A DNA stretch of 64,000 nucleotides from Brotaphodocola sp. (GTDB lineage Bacteria > Bacillota > Clostridia > Lachnospirales > Lachnospiraceae): positions 945 through 64,944 of the forward strand of contig JBJEIZ010000002.1 of the NCBI GenBank assembly GCA_051877535.1, read 5' to 3'. Position numbers and translations under genes: made by a program. Numbering within the stretch: the stretch's first letter is position 1; every line of letters starts with the position of its first letter. Below the pieces are notes generated by a model. It saw only the letters and a list, made by a program, of their open reading frames with translations. It was not told the DNA's origin and did no database searches. Shown in pieces: positions 8,197-16,924 of the stretch.

Positions 8197-9651
8197 ATGC
8201 GTTTAGATAAATTTCTGGTTGAGATGAACCGGGGAAGCCGGTCGCAGATCAAGGAAGCCGCGAAAAAGGGCAGGATTCTGGTCAATGGAAACGTCGAAAA
8301 AAAGACCGATATCAAAATTGACCCGGACCAGGATACGGTTCTTTTGGACGGTGTGCCTGTGGTGTATCGCAAAATGGAGTATTATATGCTTTATAAGCCG
8401 CAGGGCGTCGTTTCTGCCACAGAAGATAAATTCCACAAGACAGTAGTGGATCTGATCGACAAAGAGAAACGGTATGATCTGTTTCCCGTGGGAAGACTGG
8501 ATATTGATACCGAAGGATTGCTGCTTTTGACGAATGATGGAGAACTGGCTCATCGTCTGCTGGCACCGAAAAAGCATGTGGATAAAACGTATTTTGCATG
8601 GATTTCGGGTGAGCTTCCTGATGACTCCGCGGAGCAGATGGCATCAGGGATGACTCTGACAGACGGAACACCGGTAAAACCTGGAAGATTGGAAGTCCTT
8701 GGCAGGTTGGACAATGGAATGACACAGATACGACTGACCATTCAGGAGGGCAAATACCATCAGGTAAAACGGATGTTTGAGGCATTGGGTTGTAAGGTGG
8801 AGTATTTAAAACGACTTTCCATGGGAAGTCTCAGGCTGGATGAGGCATTAAAGCCCGGCGAGTACCGAAGCCTGACGGCGGAAGAACTGCAGGCGCTTCA
8901 GACGATCGAATCATCTGAACTTCCGGAAGAATTGCAAAAACCGCAGGGAGCTGCATCTGCAGAAAACCCGGATGCCAGGAATGTTTATCAGATGCTGCAG
9001 ACAAAAAAGGCAGTTTTGTTTGATCTGGATGGCACGTTGATCGACTCCATGTGGATGTGGAAGCAGATTGATATCGAGTACCTGGGAAAATTTGGATACG
9101 AATGTCCGGAAACACTGCAGAAGGTCATCGAGGGCATGAGTTTTACGGAAACAGCAGTTTATTTTAAAGAAACCTTTTCTATACCGGACAGCCTGGAAGA
9201 GATTAAGCAGACCTGGATTGATATGAGCATCGATAAATACAGAAAGGAAGTACCGCTGAAACGAGGCGCAGGGGAATTTCTGGAATATTTAAAAGAACAT
9301 GGGATCAAAGCCGGAATCGCCACCAGCAATGGGCAGGATATGGTGGATGCGGTGCTGACTGCTTTAAAGATTGCTCCTTATTTTCAGGTGATTACCACGG
9401 CCTGCGAGGTGGCTCACGGCAAACCGGCACCGGATATTTATCTGAAAGTTGCCGAGTCGCTTGGTGTTGCTCCGGAAGACTGCATGGTATTTGAGGATGT
9501 CCCTGCCGGAATCATGGCAGGAAAAGCAGCCGGAATGGCAGTATGCGCTGTGGAAGATGATTTTTCTGCCGAGATGCGCGAGGAAAAGAAACAGCTTGCA
9601 GACTTTTTTATAGAAGATTACAACGAAATTCTGGAATTAGAAGAGGATTGA
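8197..9651 (+). CDS. Fusion protein: RsuA/RluB-type pseudouridine synthase (N) plus HAD-superfamily phosphatase (C)
   Basis: S4 domain MRLDKFLVEMNRGSRSQ. Catalytic VGRLDIDTEGLLLLTNDGELAHRL and KYHQVKRM. After an acidic linker comes HAD motif I FDLDGTLIDS, then GIATSN and FEDVPAGIMAGKAAGM. The start could also be 8170 or 8185. Confidence 0.85.
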   Translation: MRLDKFLVEMNRGSRSQIKEAAKKGRILVNGNVEKKTDIKIDPDQDTVLLDGVPVVYRKMEYYMLYKPQGVVSATEDKFHKTVVDLIDKEKRYDLFPVGRLDIDTEGLLLLTNDGELAHRLLAPKKHVDKTYFAWISGELPDDSAEQMASGMTLTDGTPVKPGRLEVLGRLDNGMTQIRLTIQEGKYHQVKRMFEALGCKVEYLKRLSMGSLRLDEALKPGEYRSLTAEELQALQTIESSELPEELQKPQGAASAENPDARNVYQMLQTKKAVLFDLDGTLIDSMWMWKQIDIEYLGKFGYECPETLQKVIEGMSFTETAVYFKETFSIPDSLEEIKQTWIDMSIDKYRKEVPLKRGAGEFLEYLKEHGIKAGIATSNGQDMVDAVLTALKIAPYFQVITTACEVAHGKPAPDIYLKVAESLGVAPEDCMVFEDVPAGIMAGKAAGMAVCAVEDDFSAEMREEKKQLADFFIEDYNEILELEED

Positions 9652-9652
9652 T

Positions 9653-11533
9653 ATGATACATGATTATTTACCAGTCAGTCGGGCAGATATGGATGCCCGC
9701 GGCTGGAGGGAATGTGATTTTGTTTATGTGACGGGGGATGCCTATGTAGATCATCCGTCTTTTGGCACGGCGATCATCAGCCGTCTGCTGGAATCACACG
9801 GGTATAAGGTGGGGATCATTTCCCAGCCGGACTGGAAAGATCCGGGCAGTGTTCAGGTGCTCGGAAGACCCCGCCTTGGCTTTCTGGTTTCTGCCGGCAA
9901 TATGGATTCTATGGTGAACCATTATTCCGTTTCCAAGAAACGCAGGCAGCAGGATTCTTATACGCCCGGCGGCGTGATGGGCAAGCGGCCGGATTATGCA
10001 ACCATTGTGTACTGCAATCTGATTCGTTCCGTATATAAAGACGCAGCAATCATCATCGGCGGTATTGAAGCAAGCCTGCGCCGTCTGGCACATTATGATT
10101 ACTGGTCAAACAAACTAAAACGCTCCATTCTTTTGGATTCTCAGGCTGATTTGATCTCTTACGGCATGGGGGAACTGTCAATTGTAGAAATTGCGGATGC
10201 ACTTGACAGCGGCATCGATATCAAAGATATTACGTTTATCAACGGCACGGTATTTAAGACACGGACTCTGGATTCTGTCTATGATTATGAACTTTTGCCG
10301 GATTATGAGGAGCTTTTAGAAGATAAAAAAACATATGCGAAAAGTTTCTATACGCAGTACTCGAACACCGATCCGTTTTCTGGAAAACGGTTGGTGGAGC
10401 CGTACCGCGGAAAGGAGTATGTGGTCCAGAATCCTCCGTCCAGACCGCTTACGGTGGAAGAGATGGATGATATCTATGCGCTGCCTTATATGCGCAGCTA
10501 CCATCCGTCCTACGAGGCAGCAGGTGGTGTCCCGGCAGTGAGAGAGATTAAATTCAGCCTGATCAGCAACCGCGGATGCTTTGGGGCATGCAGTTTCTGT
10601 GCTTTGACATTTCATCAGGGGCGCATCATTCAAGTGCGCAGTCATGAATCTCTGGTGGAAGAAGCAAAAATGCTGACGGAAGACCCGGATTTCAAGGGTT
10701 ACATTCACGATGTAGGCGGTCCGACTGCCAATTTCCGGTTCCCGGCGTGTGAAAAACAGTTAAAGCACGGTGCCTGCCCGCACAAGCAGTGTCTGTTCCC
10801 TCAGCCGTGTAAAAATCTGAAGGCTGACCATTCGGATTATATCGAACTGCTGCGAAAGCTTCGTTCTCTGCCGAAAGTTAAGAAAGTGTTTGTCCGCTCC
10901 GGTATCCGTTTTGACTATCTGCTGGCGGATAAGAGCCGCGATTTTCTGAGGGAGCTTTGCGAATATCACGTCAGCGGACAGTTGAAAGTAGCTCCGGAAC
11001 ATGTGGCAGATCCGGTGCTGAAATTGATGGGTAAACCGAGAAATGAGGTTTATCGTCAGTTTATCAGAGAATATCAGGCGATGAATCAAAAGCTTCACAA
11101 AGATCAATATCTGGTTCCCTATCTGATGTCTTCCCACCCGGGTTCTTCTTTGAAGGAAGCGGTGGAACTGGCAGAGTATCTGCGGGACCTGGGGTATATG
11201 CCGGAACAGGTGCAGGATTTTTACCCGACACCGTCCACGATTTCTACATGCATGTACTATACTGGTGTAGATCCGCGCACGATGGAGCCGGTTTATGTTC
11301 CGATCAATCCGCATGAGAAAGCCATGCAGCGGGCATTGATCCAGTACCGGAATCCGGCAAATTATGATCTGGTGGAGGAGGCTTTGCAAAAAGCGGGAAG
11401 AACGGATCTGATCGGTTATGATAAAAAGTGTCTGATACGCCCGCGCAATGCCCGTGGCGGTACACAGGTACAGAAACAAAAGCCGGAGAAGCGGAAAACC
11501 ATTCGCAATGTACACAAAAAAGTAAAGAAATAA
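9653..11533 (+). CDS. ygiQ: YgiQ-family (UPF0313) radical SAM protein
   Basis: The N-terminus DFVYVTGDAYVDHPSFGTAII is typical of the family. The radical-SAM cluster motif is CFGACSFC, and the tail is basic. Confidence 0.9.
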   Translation: MIHDYLPVSRADMDARGWRECDFVYVTGDAYVDHPSFGTAIISRLLESHGYKVGIISQPDWKDPGSVQVLGRPRLGFLVSAGNMDSMVNHYSVSKKRRQQDSYTPGGVMGKRPDYATIVYCNLIRSVYKDAAIIIGGIEASLRRLAHYDYWSNKLKRSILLDSQADLISYGMGELSIVEIADALDSGIDIKDITFINGTVFKTRTLDSVYDYELLPDYEELLEDKKTYAKSFYTQYSNTDPFSGKRLVEPYRGKEYVVQNPPSRPLTVEEMDDIYALPYMRSYHPSYEAAGGVPAVREIKFSLISNRGCFGACSFCALTFHQGRIIQVRSHESLVEEAKMLTEDPDFKGYIHDVGGPTANFRFPACEKQLKHGACPHKQCLFPQPCKNLKADHSDYIELLRKLRSLPKVKKVFVRSGIRFDYLLADKSRDFLRELCEYHVSGQLKVAPEHVADPVLKLMGKPRNEVYRQFIREYQAMNQKLHKDQYLVPYLMSSHPGSSLKEAVELAEYLRDLGYMPEQVQDFYPTPSTISTCMYYTGVDPRTMEPVYVPINPHEKAMQRALIQYRNPANYDLVEEALQKAGRTDLIGYDKKCLIRPRNARGGTQVQKQKPEKRKTIRNVHKKVKK

Positions 11534-11569
11534 ATACGTCAATTGGTATAGAAATAAGGTGTGAAAATC

Positions 11570-12325
11570 ATGAAAATTGCAATCGTGACCGGAGCTTCCT
11601 CCGGCATGGGGCGGGAGGCAGTGCTGCAGATTGCAGAGCGTTTCCCGAAGCTGGAAGAAATATGGGTTGTGGCAAGGCGAGTGGATCGTCTGGAATCATT
11701 GCAGGGGAGTGTTCCGGTTTTGCTCCGTATGTTCCCGCTTGATCTGAAATCGGAACAGAGCATCGAAGTTCTGCGGGAACATCTGGAACGGGAGCAGCCG
11801 GAGGTGAAGATTCTGGTCAATTCTGCCGGCTATGGTAAGAACGGACCGGTCAGCAGCCATGCTCTTTTTGATGAGACCGGTATGGTACGCATTAACTGTG
11901 AAGCACTCTGTGGTGTGACTCATATTGTTCTTCCGTACATGTCGAAGAATAGCCGGGTGATACAGATGGCATCCTCGGCCGGGTTCCTTCCTCAGCCGGA
12001 TTTTGCTGTTTACGCGGCAAGTAAAGCGTTTGTGTTAAGTTATAGCCGTGCATTGCATGCAGAACTGAGGGACCGCCGCATTGCAGTGACAGCCGTTTGT
12101 CCGGGACCGGTCCGTACTGAATTTTTTGATGTTGCACAGACCGGTACAAAAACACCGTTTTATAAAACATTGTTTATGGCAGATCCGAAAAAGGTAGTGC
12201 GAAAAGCGCTTCGCGACAGTATGATGGGAAAAACGGTTTCCGTATATGGGGTTTCTATGAAAGCGTTTGCAGTGCTTTGCAAGATACTTCCTCATGACCT
12301 GATTCTGCGGATCTACCGTCCATAA
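11570..12325 (+). CDS. SDR-family oxidoreductase
   Basis: Cofactor motif IVTGASSGMG; catalytic YAASKAF. The start is taken at the ATG after AAGGTG. Confidence 0.85.
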   Translation: MKIAIVTGASSGMGREAVLQIAERFPKLEEIWVVARRVDRLESLQGSVPVLLRMFPLDLKSEQSIEVLREHLEREQPEVKILVNSAGYGKNGPVSSHALFDETGMVRINCEALCGVTHIVLPYMSKNSRVIQMASSAGFLPQPDFAVYAASKAFVLSYSRALHAELRDRRIAVTAVCPGPVRTEFFDVAQTGTKTPFYKTLFMADPKKVVRKALRDSMMGKTVSVYGVSMKAFAVLCKILPHDLILRIYRP

Positions 12326-12347
12326 AACAAAATATCAGGAGAAAAAC

Positions 12348-12911
12348 ATGAAAAAAAACAAAGGAGAATTCGGATATCGAGACAGTAACCGACGGTTTCG
12401 TCTGATTCTGGTGCTGATCTTTGCAGCAGCAATTCTGGCACAGCTTGCTGCCAGACATTTAACGGATAATCCGTCTGCCAAAAATATATTAACGGTTATG
12501 GCAATCCTTACGGTACTTCCCATGGCGAATCTGGCGTCTCCGCTGCTTGCGTCATGGAAATACAAAACGCCGCCGATATCCTTTTATGAGCAAATTCATC
12601 CCTATGAACAGAAATGTATGATTTTGTATGATCTGATCGTTACGACAAAAGAGGAAGTCATGCCGATGGATGCGGTGGCGGTTCATCCCAATGGCGTATT
12701 TGCTTACTGTACTAAAGCGGTGGATACGGCAAAAGCAGAAAAAGCAATCAACCAGATTTTTTTGAACAATAAGCTGGATCCCAATGTAAAGATTCTGAAA
12801 GACGAGCATGGTTTTCTGCGTCGTCTTGACAGTTTAAAACCGGCAGATACTTATGAGGATGACGGCACAGCGGCATATGCGGCTGCGCTGATGAAGAATC
12901 TGTCTATGTAG
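12348..12911 (+). CDS. Hypothetical membrane-anchored protein
   Basis: 187 aa with a good RBS (AGGAGA) and two N-terminal hydrophobic segments. No family recognised. Confidence 0.65.
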   Translation: MKKNKGEFGYRDSNRRFRLILVLIFAAAILAQLAARHLTDNPSAKNILTVMAILTVLPMANLASPLLASWKYKTPPISFYEQIHPYEQKCMILYDLIVTTKEEVMPMDAVAVHPNGVFAYCTKAVDTAKAEKAINQIFLNNKLDPNVKILKDEHGFLRRLDSLKPADTYEDDGTAAYAAALMKNLSM

Positions 12912-12928
12912 AAGGAAGAGTTCAAAGC

Positions 12929-13933
12929 ATGAAAAGTATTATCGTAAACGGCAATGAGGCGGGGCAGCGGCTGGACAAGCTGTTGGGCAAATACTTAAAT
13001 CTTGCCGGAAAAGGATTTTTATATAAAATGATGCGTAAAAAAAATATTACGCTGAACGGAAAAAGATGCGATGGTTCTGAAAAACTGGCGATGGGAGATG
13101 AAATCAAGCTGTTTTTGTCGGACGAAACCATAGATAAATTTTCGGAAGTTAAGGTGCAGACCGTGCATCACCGGAAACTGGATATTGTTTATGAAGATGC
13201 GCATATTCTGATGATTAATAAGCCATCCGGAATGCTCTCTCAGAAGGCAAAGGATACGGATGAATCTCTGGTTGAATATTTGATTGATTATCTTCTGGAA
13301 TCCGGTCAGCTGAAACGGGAAGATCTCCGCAGTTTCCGCCCGTCCGTATGCAATCGTCTGGACCGAAATACCAGCGGTCTGGTAGCGGCAGGAAAATCTC
13401 TGGCAGGACTCCAGATGCTGTCTGCCGTATTCAAAGATCGTTCTCTGCATAAATATTATGTCTGCGGAGTGAAAGGCGTTTTACAAGAAAAACAGTTGAT
13501 CAGCGGATATCTGAAAAAGGATGAGAAGACCAATCAGGTAACGATCCTGGAGCACGAGGCATCAGATGCACTGCCGATCCAAACAGAATATGAGCCGCTT
13601 TGCACAACCGATGAATATACATTGCTGAAGGTCACGCTGATTACCGGACGCACCCATCAGATCCGTGCGCATCTGGCTTCGATCGGTCATCCGCTGCTGG
13701 GGGATTACAAATATGGTGATGCAAAGGTGAATGAATGGGCAAAAAGTCGCTTTCACATCCATTCTCAGATGCTCCATTCCTGGAAGATGGTATTCCCGGA
13801 ACTGGAAGGCGAATTTGCATATCTGAGCGGGAAAACGATCGAAGCGAAGTGGCCGAAAGAATTTGAACGTGTATTTGGCAGCCGGATTTCCAGGTTTGAT
13901 GGGGAAATGACCGGTCATGAGGAGATGGTTTAA
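12929..13933 (+). CDS. RluA-family pseudouridine synthase
   Basis: S4-like N-terminus, INKPSGMLSQ, catalytic NRLDRNTSGLV, GRTHQIRAHLASIGHPLLGD. Confidence 0.9.
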   Translation: MKSIIVNGNEAGQRLDKLLGKYLNLAGKGFLYKMMRKKNITLNGKRCDGSEKLAMGDEIKLFLSDETIDKFSEVKVQTVHHRKLDIVYEDAHILMINKPSGMLSQKAKDTDESLVEYLIDYLLESGQLKREDLRSFRPSVCNRLDRNTSGLVAAGKSLAGLQMLSAVFKDRSLHKYYVCGVKGVLQEKQLISGYLKKDEKTNQVTILEHEASDALPIQTEYEPLCTTDEYTLLKVTLITGRTHQIRAHLASIGHPLLGDYKYGDAKVNEWAKSRFHIHSQMLHSWKMVFPELEGEFAYLSGKTIEAKWPKEFERVFGSRISRFDGEMTGHEEMV

Positions 13934-14476
13934 ATGGGAACCTGGAAAAGCAGAGGACTTCGCGGCTCTACATTGGAAGATATGCTCAACCACAGCAATG
14001 AGCTGTATCGGGAAAAGAAACTGGCATTGATTCAGAAAATTCCGACTCCGATCACGCCGATTTCTATTGATAAAGACAGCAGACATATTACATTAGCTTA
14101 TTTTGACCAGAAAAGTACGGTTGACTACATCGGAGCAGTACAGGGTATTCCGGTCTGTTTCGATGCAAAAGAGTGTGCGGTAAAGACATTTCCCCTGCAG
14201 AACGTACACGAGCATCAGATCCGGTTCATGCAGCAATTTGAAGAACAAGGCGGAATTGCGTTTATCATTCTCTATTTTACAGCGCTGGATGAGATCTACT
14301 ATCTTCCGTTTCGGGAAATATATCAGTTCTGGAAACGGATGAAAGATGGGGGAAGAAAAAGTTTTACTTATGATGAAATCGATCACAGTTACGCGATCCA
14401 TAGCCATCGGGATATTCTGGTGCATTATCTGGAAATGATCCAGAAAGATATGGATGAACGCGAGAAAGGAATCTGA
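13934..14476 (+). CDS. recU: Holliday-junction resolvase RecU
   Basis: GLRGSTLEDMLNHSNELY, STVDYIGAVQGIPVCFDAKEC, HEHQIRFM. Confidence 0.9.
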   Translation: MGTWKSRGLRGSTLEDMLNHSNELYREKKLALIQKIPTPITPISIDKDSRHITLAYFDQKSTVDYIGAVQGIPVCFDAKECAVKTFPLQNVHEHQIRFMQQFEEQGGIAFIILYFTALDEIYYLPFREIYQFWKRMKDGGRKSFTYDEIDHSYAIHSHRDILVHYLEMIQKDMDEREKGI

Positions 14477-14478
14477 CC

Positions 14479-14784
14479 ATGATCTATTCTATTGTGAGGC
14501 AGTCTATCGAGATTCGCCTGAGATTTGAACAGGTGCCGAAAATCTATGCAGATTCCGAATGCGCTGCGGCCATCGGGATTCTTGCAAAAAAATGCGGTCT
14601 CCCGCTTCCTGTGCGCAGAGAAGATTTTCATACGATGAAAGAAGAGTTGAAGCAGCAGATTGCGCAGATTCCGGAGACAGAGGAAATTGCGAAATTGAAG
14701 CAGATTCTATTTCCATACGACCCAAAGGAATCGGTTACAGATGAAATGTATGATCTGATGACCGAGGCCTATGAGAATACATAA
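14479..14784 (+). CDS. Hypothetical 101-aa protein
   Basis: Tightly packed after recU, acidic C-terminus, no family recognised. Confidence 0.55.
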   Translation: MIYSIVRQSIEIRLRFEQVPKIYADSECAAAIGILAKKCGLPLPVRREDFHTMKEELKQQIAQIPETEEIAKLKQILFPYDPKESVTDEMYDLMTEAYENT

Positions 14785-14797
14785 GGAGGTATCATGA

Positions 14798-15085
14798 ATG
14801 GATGTTGTAACAGCATTGGAAGAACTGAAACAAAAGGCAGGAAAGGACGCGAAGCTGAAAGAGCGTTTCCTTCTCACGAGGAAGGAAGCCGATCCGATGG
14901 CCGCATTTTGCGGTCTGTGCAGAGAACTGGGATATCCGATTTATGAAATGGAGCTCATTCAGGCAGGAGAAGAATTCTATGCGGCAATCAAACGCAGCAC
15001 CAATGGCGGGGGAGAAAACTCGCCGGTACTTGAGGGAGAAGATGACTTTTATGAACTGTTTTTTGCAGAACTGGAAACCAGGTAA
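14798..15085 (+). CDS. Nif11-like domain small protein (95 aa) with an acidic C-terminal tail
   Basis: An AAGGAGG RBS precedes it. ALEELKQKAGKDAKLKERF...DPMAAFCGLCRELGYPIYEMEL fits the two-helix Nif11 pattern (L..F..K...D..L.EKL....A.E.G(F/Y).I...EL). The tail is ...STNGGGENSPVLEGEDDFYELFFAELETR. Confidence 0.55.
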   Translation: MDVVTALEELKQKAGKDAKLKERFLLTRKEADPMAAFCGLCRELGYPIYEMELIQAGEEFYAAIKRSTNGGGENSPVLEGEDDFYELFFAELETR

Positions 15086-15112
15086 CCGCTGCAAAAAAGC
15101 AGCCAAACAACA

Positions 15113-15159
15113 AAAAAGGACTTGAGTCAGGCGAAGAAGCCAAGACCTAAGTCCTTTTT
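15113..15159. terminator. Bidirectional terminator between convergent genes
   Basis: AAAAAGGACTT ... AAGTCCTTTTT forms an 11-bp stem flanked by A- and T-tracts. Confidence 0.7.
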
Positions 15160-15173
15160 GCGTTTTCTTTCTT

Positions 15174-16649
15174 TTATTCCTGTCCGTCCCAGCAGTAGGT
15201 GCAGAGCTTTTCTTTCGGAAGACCGATGGATTCGATCAGATCATCCAGACGATGGAATTTTAAGGTGGTGAAATTCAATCTCCTGCGGATCTCCTCCACC
15301 ATTTCCTCGTAGTTTAAGCTGTCCGGATTCGCGTAATCAGCAAGGAGTTCTTCCGATATATTGTCTCCTTCGCGGTCACGGATGACACGGCGGGCGATCA
15401 GATCCAGCTCGGAGTTGGAGCGGGAGAAGTTCAGATATTTACATCCGTACATGATCGGCGGGCATGCCGGACGGATGTGAACTTCTTTTGCGCCGCTGCT
15501 GTATAAGAACTCAGTAGTTTCACCAAGCTGCGTGCCGCGCACGATGGAATCGTCGATCAGAAGCAGTTTTTTGCCCCGGATCAGTGCGTCAACCGGAATC
15601 AGTTTCATTTTCGCGATGATACGACGCTGATCCTGGCTGGTCGGCATAAAGGAGCGGGACCAGGTAGGAGTGTACTTCATGAACGGTCTTGCGAACGGAA
15701 TGCCGGATGCATTGGCATAACCGATGGCATGTGCCAGACCGGAATCCGGTACACCGGCGATGATGTCGGGATGGATCGTGTCGGTGACGGTTTCTTCTTT
15801 AGAAGCCGCATGTCCCGGACATCCGGAACATTTGCCGCCGCAGCCCATATCACGTTTTGCCAGAATCTCACCGCAGCGATAACGCATTTCTTCTACGTTA
15901 ATGCCCTCATAGGTTGAAGTCGGATAACCGTAGTAAACCCAGAGGAATGAGCAGATTTTCATTTCCTCACGCGCAGCGCTTAACGTCTCATAACCGTCCG
16001 GTTTTACCAGAACAATTTCTCCAGGTCCCAATTCTTTACAGTCATGATAACCAAGGTTAATGTATGCGTGACTCTCGAAAGATACGCAGTGTGCTCCGTC
16101 TTTCTTTCCGATTACTACCGGAGTACGTCCGTAACGATCGCGGGAAGCGTAGATTCCCTCCGGAGTCAGCAGAACAATGGTCATGGAACCCTGAATCATT
16201 TCCTGAGCAAATAACAGACCGTCTACCAGACTTTCTTTCTGATTGATGAGGGCTGCCGTCAGCTCTGTGGCATTAATGCGTCCGCCGCTCATCTCCATGA
16301 AATGGATGTGTCCGTTCTCAAATGCCTGCTTAACCAAATCCTCTTCGTTGGCAATCTTTCCTACCGTAGCGATTGCATAGCTGCCAAGATGAGAATGAAT
16401 CAGCAGCGGCTGAGGCTCATAGTCAGAGATCGAACCGATACCGGAATTTCCCTTTAACTCCATTACATCTTTATCGAATTTGGTACGGAACGGAGAGTTT
16501 TCTATATTGTGGATGCTGCGCTGAAATCCACTCGGTCCGTATACCGCCATACCGCCGCGCCGTGTTCCCAGATGAGAATGATAATCGGTCCCGAAAAAGA
16601 GATCATTTACGCAGTCTTCTTTTGATGTTACACCAAAAAATCCACCCAT
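15174..16649 (-). CDS. Amidophosphoribosyltransferase paralog (PurF-like) lacking the N-terminal Cys nucleophile
   Basis: Class-II GATase fold followed by the PRTase motif LLLIDDSIVRGTQ. The N-terminus is MGGFFGV rather than MCG(I/V).G. Confidence 0.8.
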   Translation of the reverse strand: MGGFFGVTSKEDCVNDLFFGTDYHSHLGTRRGGMAVYGPSGFQRSIHNIENSPFRTKFDKDVMELKGNSGIGSISDYEPQPLLIHSHLGSYAIATVGKIANEEDLVKQAFENGHIHFMEMSGGRINATELTAALINQKESLVDGLLFAQEMIQGSMTIVLLTPEGIYASRDRYGRTPVVIGKKDGAHCVSFESHAYINLGYHDCKELGPGEIVLVKPDGYETLSAAREEMKICSFLWVYYGYPTSTYEGINVEEMRYRCGEILAKRDMGCGGKCSGCPGHAASKEETVTDTIHPDIIAGVPDSGLAHAIGYANASGIPFARPFMKYTPTWSRSFMPTSQDQRRIIAKMKLIPVDALIRGKKLLLIDDSIVRGTQLGETTEFLYSSGAKEVHIRPACPPIMYGCKYLNFSRSNSELDLIARRVIRDREGDNISEELLADYANPDSLNYEEMVEEIRRRLNFTTLKFHRLDDLIESIGLPKEKLCTYCWDGQE

Positions 16650-16806
16650 AAATCTTATTCCTCCAATCTTATATGTGAAGATAACCTGTTTGATAAACGT
16701 CTCTAGTGTAACATAAGTGGTGTGGTTAATACAATAGGTTTTATATATAAGAAATATTAATAAATAGAATAAAAATATGACAAATCCGTGTAATGCTTAG
16801 AAGGGA

Positions 16807-16835
16807 TTGACGGAAATCTGTGCAAAGGGTAAAAT
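16807..16835 (+). promoter_or_regulatory. Candidate promoter P1 of the his operon
   Basis: TTGACG-17-TAAAAT. Confidence 0.5.
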
Positions 16836-16841
16836 AAGCAC

Positions 16842-16870
16842 TAGACAATTTAGAAAATTTACTTTATAAT
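16842..16870 (+). promoter_or_regulatory. Candidate promoter P2 of the his operon
   Basis: TAGACA-17-TATAAT, about 55 nt upstream of the hisZ ATG. Confidence 0.5.
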
Positions 16871-16924
16871 TGTCCCACATCAACAAATTATCACGCTACC
16901 ACGTGAAAGTGAAGTGAGGAGTTT

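Noticed and set aside
10760-11542. Examined the long antisense ORFs inside well-supported genes. Examples: 10760-11542, 7392-7997, 20008-20736, 28928-29770, 34549-35322, 47105-47935, 52058-52702 and 57223-58062.
   Set aside because: These are shadow ORFs opposite strongly motif-supported genes. Their translations are low-complexity or biased (Cys/His/Arg-rich), and they have no RBS or family resemblance.
14793-14945. Considered an alternative ATG at 14793, in a different frame and closer to the AAGGAGG, giving MNGCCNSIGRTETKGRKGREAERAFPSHEEG...
   Set aside because: Its product is low-complexity and Arg/Gly-rich. The 14798 frame gives a protein with a coherent Nif11-like helical pattern and reaches the terminator.
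16650-16924. Looked for a T-box or histidine attenuator leader in front of the his operon, and for a purine riboswitch in front of the divergent PurF-like gene.
   Set aside because: The distance from the candidate promoters to the hisZ ATG is only about 55-90 nt, too short for a T-box. No T-box sequence, His-codon leader peptide or purine-aptamer core motif was seen.
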